NCBI GenBank assembly: GCA_963727175.1
Contig: CAVSFD010000002.1
Coordinates: forward strand, 4,701,381 to 4,765,380
DNA from: an uncultured Spirochaetota bacterium
Lineage (GTDB): Bacteria > Spirochaetota > UBA4802 > UBA5550
Reading direction: 5' to 3'
Length of the DNA stretch: 64,000 bases
Positions 58,953-64,000 of this stretch are shown piece after piece; the stretch's first letter is position 1; every line of letters begins with the position of its first letter. The notes below the pieces were generated by a model. That model ran no database searches. It was not told where the DNA came from and saw nothing but the letters and a program-made list of their open reading frames with translations. The translations under genes were made by a program, and so were the position numbers.

Positions 58953-60950
58953 TCACGGGGTTACGATATTGAAGTCGCTTTTGAAGGTGTCCATCATTCC
59001 CATCAATTCCGCGAGTTTTTTACCGTTGCCATCGATCTTTATGGTTCCTGCTGCGATTTCCTTTTCAAAGGTTGTTTTTTGCAGGGTAATTGCATCGAAT
59101 ATCGCCCGGCTGAGGGTTATCGTGACGTCAGCCCTGGGTGATTGAAAACCGGATTTATGCGTGAGCGCGCAGTTTTCCAGGTTCATGACATATTTCTCAC
59201 CAACATCCGTGAAATTCCAGTTTATGACCATCGTCTTGCCTTCCGCCTTGGGCCCGTTGAGGCATATGCCCATAAAATTGAAGAACATTGGGATGGTCAT
59301 TGCCTTAAGAACATCCGGGGTTAGGGTCGAGTTATATACATGGACCCCCGTGCGCAATTCATAGGCCGCGGTCAGGTAATTGCAGCGCCACGTGCCCGCC
59401 TCCGCCTGGTAGCCGAGCTGCTCCAGCGCGTCGGCCTGAAGGTTGCGCGCCTCCTTATTATTCGGATCGGCGAAAACAACCTGGTTCATCGCCTGGGCCA
59501 CCCAGCGGAATTCGCCTTTCCTGAAGTCCGCGCGGGCCTTGGCAATAACCGACCTGGCGCCGCCCATGTACTGGACATACTTTTTGGCGGATTCAACGGG
59601 CGTCAGCGGGTTGAGATTGGCCGGATTCATGTCGTACCACCCCAGGTATTTCTGGTACACGGCCTTCGCGTCATGATTGATTGTTCCATAATAGCCGCGG
59701 GCATGCCACTTGCGGGCAAGTGTGGACGGCAGCTTGAGCATCGGGCCGATTTCATTCATGGTATAGCCTTGATTCGCCAGCCGCAGCGTCTGGTCATGAA
59801 CATACTTATACATGTCACGCTGGTCTTTCAGGAAATCGATGCATCTGTCATGGCCCCACCGCGGCCAGTGGTGCTGGGCAATGAGCACCTCTGTTTGATC
59901 ACCGAATGAGTCAATCGCCTCATTCAGATAATCAGACCACTTTTCCGCGTCGCGCACCTGGGCCCCTCGCAGCGTCAGGATATTGTGCATCGTGTGACAT
60001 GCCAGCTCGGCGGAGTCCAGCACCTTGAACTGCGGAAAGAAGATCATCATTTCGGAGGGCGCTTCAGTGCCGGGCACCAAGCTGAAGATCATCTCCACGC
60101 CGTCAATGGTCCTCTTCTCCCCGGTTTTAGTAATAATGTCCGTGGGCGGAATAAGAGTGAGGCTGCCCAGTGAAATGGCTTTGCCGAGTCCGATATCAAC
60201 CATGCCCCGTTCACCCCGGGGCAGCAGATTTCCATACCAGTAATACGTGCGCCGGCTCATGGCTGCGCCGGCCGTAACATTTTCACTGATTGCCGCATCC
60301 ATGAAGCCATCCGGTGCGAGAATTCTGACCTTTCCTGCTTTCACATCAGTCTCTTCCACTACACCCTTAACACCTCCCCAGTGGTCAGCGTGGCTGTGGG
60401 TATAAATCACGGCTATGACCGGACGTTTGCCCCGCTGCTGGAAATACAGATCCAGGGCGGCGGCGGCTGGTTCCCTGGTCATCAAGGGGTCAATGAGGAT
60501 TAGACCCTTATCGCCTTCGATAATGGTCATATTCGAAACATCGAGGCTCCGCACCTGGTACACGCGGTCAACGACCTTGAAGAGACCGGAATACATGTTG
60601 ATACGTGCCTGGCGCCAGAGGCTCGGGTTGACCGTTGCAGGGGCATCTTTCTTCTTATTTATAAAATCGAAAGCATTCAGGTCCCATGCCACCATGCCGT
60701 TGCTCTCTTTTACTACTCCGCCCGGCAGGCCGATGATAAAACCGCGTTGCGCGTCAGCGAAATCATCCTGGTCATTAAAATTAAGTTCCTTCAGCACGGC
60801 GTTGTTGGCTTTTTTCGTGGCCGGGTGCGCATCCTTGGGCCCTTCAGCGCCAGCCCCTGCCTGAGCGGTAAATGCCGCTGTCATGATACACATTATAGCT
60901 GCCGTTATTAATACGGCTATCGCTCTCCTGAAAACTTTTTCTTTCATCAA
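58953..60950 (-). CDS. Metallo-beta-lactamase-fold alkyl/aryl-sulfatase (SdsA1/Bds1 family) with C-terminal SCP2-like domain, secreted
   Basis: 665 aa with a signal peptide. The HxHxDH motif is YTHSHADHWGG. Confidence 0.8.
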   Translation of the reverse strand: MMKEKVFRRAIAVLITAAIMCIMTAAFTAQAGAGAEGPKDAHPATKKANNAVLKELNFNDQDDFADAQRGFIIGLPGGVVKESNGMVAWDLNAFDFINKKKDAPATVNPSLWRQARINMYSGLFKVVDRVYQVRSLDVSNMTIIEGDKGLILIDPLMTREPAAAALDLYFQQRGKRPVIAVIYTHSHADHWGGVKGVVEETDVKAGKVRILAPDGFMDAAISENVTAGAAMSRRTYYWYGNLLPRGERGMVDIGLGKAISLGSLTLIPPTDIITKTGEKRTIDGVEMIFSLVPGTEAPSEMMIFFPQFKVLDSAELACHTMHNILTLRGAQVRDAEKWSDYLNEAIDSFGDQTEVLIAQHHWPRWGHDRCIDFLKDQRDMYKYVHDQTLRLANQGYTMNEIGPMLKLPSTLARKWHARGYYGTINHDAKAVYQKYLGWYDMNPANLNPLTPVESAKKYVQYMGGARSVIAKARADFRKGEFRWVAQAMNQVVFADPNNKEARNLQADALEQLGYQAEAGTWRCNYLTAAYELRTGVHVYNSTLTPDVLKAMTIPMFFNFMGICLNGPKAEGKTMVINWNFTDVGEKYVMNLENCALTHKSGFQSPRADVTITLSRAIFDAITLQKTTFEKEIAAGTIKIDGNGKKLAELMGMMDTFKSDFNIVTP

Positions 60951-61155
60951 ATCCTCCCCTTCACATTAATGATAATACCTTGCATAGTTACTCCAACCGG
61001 ATTGCATGAACAATCCCGGTGAATTTAAATTGCTCTTAATATTTATAGCAAGAACAAATCAGTAATCAGGATAAGATTATTACCCTCCCGTAATAAAAAA
61101 ATCATTGATTATAGGGGACGAATATTATGTCATGTACCGCGATCGGGATTCCGTA

Positions 61156-62634
61156 ATGAAAAAAAATCTGAAATATATCATCGTCGCCTTTCTCGGGGCA
61201 TGCACCCTTCTGGCCGGCGTCATCACCCACCTCGACACGGTCCTGTACCTGCACGACTGCGCCCTCGGCTTTTACATTGAAACGGCCGAGACCCTGATCC
61301 CGTCAAGCCCCACCTATACGATAGTCAACCACCGCGATTACCGCCCCCAGGTTCGTACCTACGGTGACCTTCCCCGCGGATTCATTCACAGCGGGAGCAT
61401 CTTCATGTACCGGGCCGGGAAAGAGGACGAAGACCTGGGCGATATAGCATCGGAAGCGGTCCGCTACACCGATTTTTACCGGGCCTCATCACTGGCCGCG
61501 TCCATCCGTGAATACAACGGCATTCGGGGCACCGATATCCCGGCAGGGACCGCCCTGGTCATCCCCGGTTCCGCGCCGGCCCTGCGGCATGATCCGAGGA
61601 ACCGGGCCATGCCGCCCCTTATCACGGCCCGCGGCCTTTACTTCACCGGCACCAGCATAGGGGGGAGCAAGATCCTGGGGAACCTCGACCGGTTCAAGGA
61701 ACTCGGCATCAACACCATCGTCTTCGACGCCAAGGACATCGGCGGCGATCTCAGCTATTACAGCAGGCTCCCGGAAGTGCAGCGGCTCAATACCCATGAA
61801 AAGCGCAGTATCGACAATATCGAAAAATTCATCCGCACTCTCAAGGAGAACGGCTTCTACACCGTGGCGCGCATGGCGGTGTTCCACGACCACCTGCTCC
61901 GGAAAAAGGACCCGTCCCTGGCCATCAGGTCGCGCGGCGGCGGCCTGTGGAATTCCGAGGCGAAGGAAAAGTGGTGCGATCCAACCAGTAAAAAAGTGCA
62001 GGACTACAACATCGCCATGGCGCTGGAGCTTGCCGACATGGGAGTTGACGAGATCCAGTTTGATTATATCCGCTTCCCCACCAAGGGGAACGCTAAAGAC
62101 GCGGACTTCAAATACGATTTCGGAAAGATGTCCCGCGAAGAAGCCATCACGCATTTCCTCAAGCGGGCACATGAAGCCATTGCCTCCCGCAAATCGCGCC
62201 TGTCCATCGACATCTTCGGCGTTGTCGCGTGGGGAAAGGACGTCGACATCGAAAGCACCGGACAGAGGATCGAGCTGCTGGCGCGGCACTGCGACATCAT
62301 CTCGCCCATGCTCTATCCCTCGCATTTCAATGACGATTTCGACGGGTACGCAAAGCCGGGCGACAATCCCTACTATTTCATCTACAGCGGCTGCCGGAAG
62401 GTCCTTCACCTTGCCGGGAAGAACGTCGTTGTGCGGCCGTGGCTGCAGGCCTTCCGCTGGCGCGTTTCCCACTACAACAGCCAGTACATCAAGACGCAGA
62501 TCAAGGCCACGAACGAATCAGGAGCCCGGGGCTACCTTTTCTGGAACGCGGCAAACGACTACGACACGGTGCTCAGCGCCCTGGAAGACATTAATGGCGC
62601 AAAACCGGGGAAGGACGAACAGGGAAATGAATGA
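61156..62634 (+). CDS. Secreted protein with LysM-like segment and TIM-barrel glycoside-hydrolase-like (GHL) domain
   Basis: Signal or TM anchor at the N-terminus. The LysM-like stretch is YTDFYRASSLAASIREYNGIRGTDIPAGTALVIP. The C-terminal ~330 aa resemble the DUF4015/YngK-type hypothetical glycosidase family. The start was chosen at MKKNLKY. Confidence 0.5.
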   Translation: MKKNLKYIIVAFLGACTLLAGVITHLDTVLYLHDCALGFYIETAETLIPSSPTYTIVNHRDYRPQVRTYGDLPRGFIHSGSIFMYRAGKEDEDLGDIASEAVRYTDFYRASSLAASIREYNGIRGTDIPAGTALVIPGSAPALRHDPRNRAMPPLITARGLYFTGTSIGGSKILGNLDRFKELGINTIVFDAKDIGGDLSYYSRLPEVQRLNTHEKRSIDNIEKFIRTLKENGFYTVARMAVFHDHLLRKKDPSLAIRSRGGGLWNSEAKEKWCDPTSKKVQDYNIAMALELADMGVDEIQFDYIRFPTKGNAKDADFKYDFGKMSREEAITHFLKRAHEAIASRKSRLSIDIFGVVAWGKDVDIESTGQRIELLARHCDIISPMLYPSHFNDDFDGYAKPGDNPYYFIYSGCRKVLHLAGKNVVVRPWLQAFRWRVSHYNSQYIKTQIKATNESGARGYLFWNAANDYDTVLSALEDINGAKPGKDEQGNE

Positions 62635-62677
62635 CGGATACCGCGGCCATCCCGGTTCAACAGCAGGAGAAAGCAAG

Positions 62678-63571
62678 ATGGACTTCTATAAATATCACGG
62701 CCTCGGAAACGATTACATCGTCATCGACCCTGCTAAGAACGGCATCGCCCTCGCTCCGGGGACCATCAGGCTCATCTGCGACCGAAACTGCGGCATCGGG
62801 TCTGATGGCATTCTCCTGGGCCCTGTATATGACAACGGATCCATGGGTGTCCGGATATTCAATCCCGACGGAAGCGAGGCGGAAAAGAGCGGTAATGGCG
62901 TGCGGATTTTCACCCGCTATCTCCACGAGCACGGTTACCTGACCGGAGATACGGCATCATTCAATACTCTCGGCGGTCCCATAGAAGCGCTGCTTCTTGA
63001 TCCCGCGACATACCTGATAAAAGTGAACATGGGCTTCTGCACCTTCGACAGCGAAAAAATCCCGGTATCCGGACCCCGCCGCGAAATTATCGATGTGCCA
63101 ATTGATATAAAGGAAAAAACGTACCGGATGACCTGTCTCTCCGTGGGGAACCCCCATTGCGTGATTCCCCTTGATGATATTTCCCGGGAGCTGGCCTACG
63201 ACATCGGGCCGGTCATAGAGAATAATCCCCTCTTCCCGAACAGGATCAACATGCAGCTGGCGAAGGTCATCGACCGCCGCGCAATCCGCATAGAGATCTG
63301 GGAGCGCGGCGCCGGCTACACCCTGGCATCGGGTAGCAGCAGCTGCGCCGCGGCATGCGCGGCCCGCCGCCTCGGCCTGGTCGACGGCAGCGTGACCGTG
63401 CACATGCCGGGCGGGTCTCTCTCCATAGACATCTGCGATGACTGGTCGGTCTCCATGACCGGGCCGGTGGCCAGCGTTTCGGAAGGAAATTTCACGCCGG
63501 AATTCAAAAAACTCCTGGCTGCGGAAGATCGGGAGACTGAAACCGGCATTGCGGTGCGTCATGAAATATAA
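62678..63571 (+). CDS. dapF: Diaminopimelate epimerase
   Basis: The two active-site Cys are at MDFYKYHGLGNDYIVID...NPDGSEAEKSGNG and ...GSSSCAAA. The start was chosen at 62678, not at the long upstream in-frame ORF. Confidence 0.85.
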   Translation: MDFYKYHGLGNDYIVIDPAKNGIALAPGTIRLICDRNCGIGSDGILLGPVYDNGSMGVRIFNPDGSEAEKSGNGVRIFTRYLHEHGYLTGDTASFNTLGGPIEALLLDPATYLIKVNMGFCTFDSEKIPVSGPRREIIDVPIDIKEKTYRMTCLSVGNPHCVIPLDDISRELAYDIGPVIENNPLFPNRINMQLAKVIDRRAIRIEIWERGAGYTLASGSSSCAAACAARRLGLVDGSVTVHMPGGSLSIDICDDWSVSMTGPVASVSEGNFTPEFKKLLAAEDRETETGIAVRHEI

Positions 63572-64000
63572 CCTGGGCGATAAAAATATCATAATCGAGG
63601 GCGATGATTATTACATCGCGGAGAACGCGGTGGTGGTGGGATCGGTCCGCATCGGCAACAATGTGAGCGTATGGTTCAACGCCGTGGTGCGCGCCGACGA
63701 CGGCACGATAGTTATCGGTGAGAATTCAAACATACAGGACGGAGCCGTGCTCCACTGCGAAAAGGAAAACGACCTTGTCATCGGCCGGGGCGTCACCGTG
63801 GCCCACCACGCGATGCTCCACGGCTGCGTCATCGGAGACAACTCCCTCATCGGCATCAACGCCGTGGTCCTGAACGGGGCGGTCATCGGGAAAAACTGTC
63901 TCGTCGGCGCCGGGGCCCTGGTCCTGGAAAAGAGCGTCATCCCGGACAATTCAATGGTTCTCGGCGCCCCGGCCAGGGTCGTTCGGCCGGTGACGGAGGA
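63558..64000 (+). CDS. Gamma-carbonic-anhydrase-like / hexapeptide-repeat (left-handed beta-helix) protein, 3' end truncated by the window
   Basis: Repeating [LIV]-G-x-x-x-x hexapeptides. The His ligands are at AHHAMLHGCVIG. Confidence 0.7.

Noticed and set aside
61796-62677. Long in-frame N-terminal extension of the dapF ORF (591-aa ORF)
   Set aside because: The DapF homology starts at MDFYKYHGLGNDY (62678). The upstream part overlaps the glycoside-hydrolase-like gene in another frame and is Ser/Arg-rich nonsense.

Overview
This 64 kb window looks like a chromosomal segment from a GC-rich (~58% GC) anaerobic bacterium, probably a sulfate-reducer or syntroph-like deltaproteobacterium; I ran no database searches. 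The main evidence is a 2-oxoacid:ferredoxin oxidoreductase operon (delta-alpha-beta-gamma), a periplasmic Tat-exported [NiFe] hydrogenase with maturation protease and a triheme cytochrome c, QueG, MoaA and a B12-binding radical-SAM enzyme. About 60 protein-coding genes are called, all by reading motifs and domain signatures in the six-frame translations. No rRNA, tRNA, CRISPR array or transposase was recognised.

Notable content:
- Two 7TMR-DISM-type membrane sensors: a methyl-accepting chemotaxis protein and a membrane-bound AraC regulator.
- A creB-creC-creD two-component cluster. An opposite-strand gene flanked by near-identical 21-bp repeats sits between creC and creD. A cre-tag-like TTCAT/TTCAC direct-repeat array lies upstream of creD.
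- Three to four phased copies of a 62-bp tandem repeat, each carrying a 7-2-7 palindrome, immediately upstream of gltS.
- A 715-aa protein combining a class-II-phosphodiesterase-like metallo-beta-lactamase domain with two cNMP-binding domains.
- An Mla-like mlaE-mlaF-mlaD operon whose MlaF has degenerate Walker A, signature, Walker B and H-loop motifs.
- A ~5.6 kb AT-rich (~38% GC) island holding a SAM-methyltransferase and decayed glycosyltransferase and Wzx flippase genes.

Several otherwise conserved genes are interrupted by single-base frameshifts, often at homopolymer runs: korD, korA, a GT2 transferase and mlaD. The assembly therefore probably contains indel errors, and pseudogene calls should be read with that in mind.
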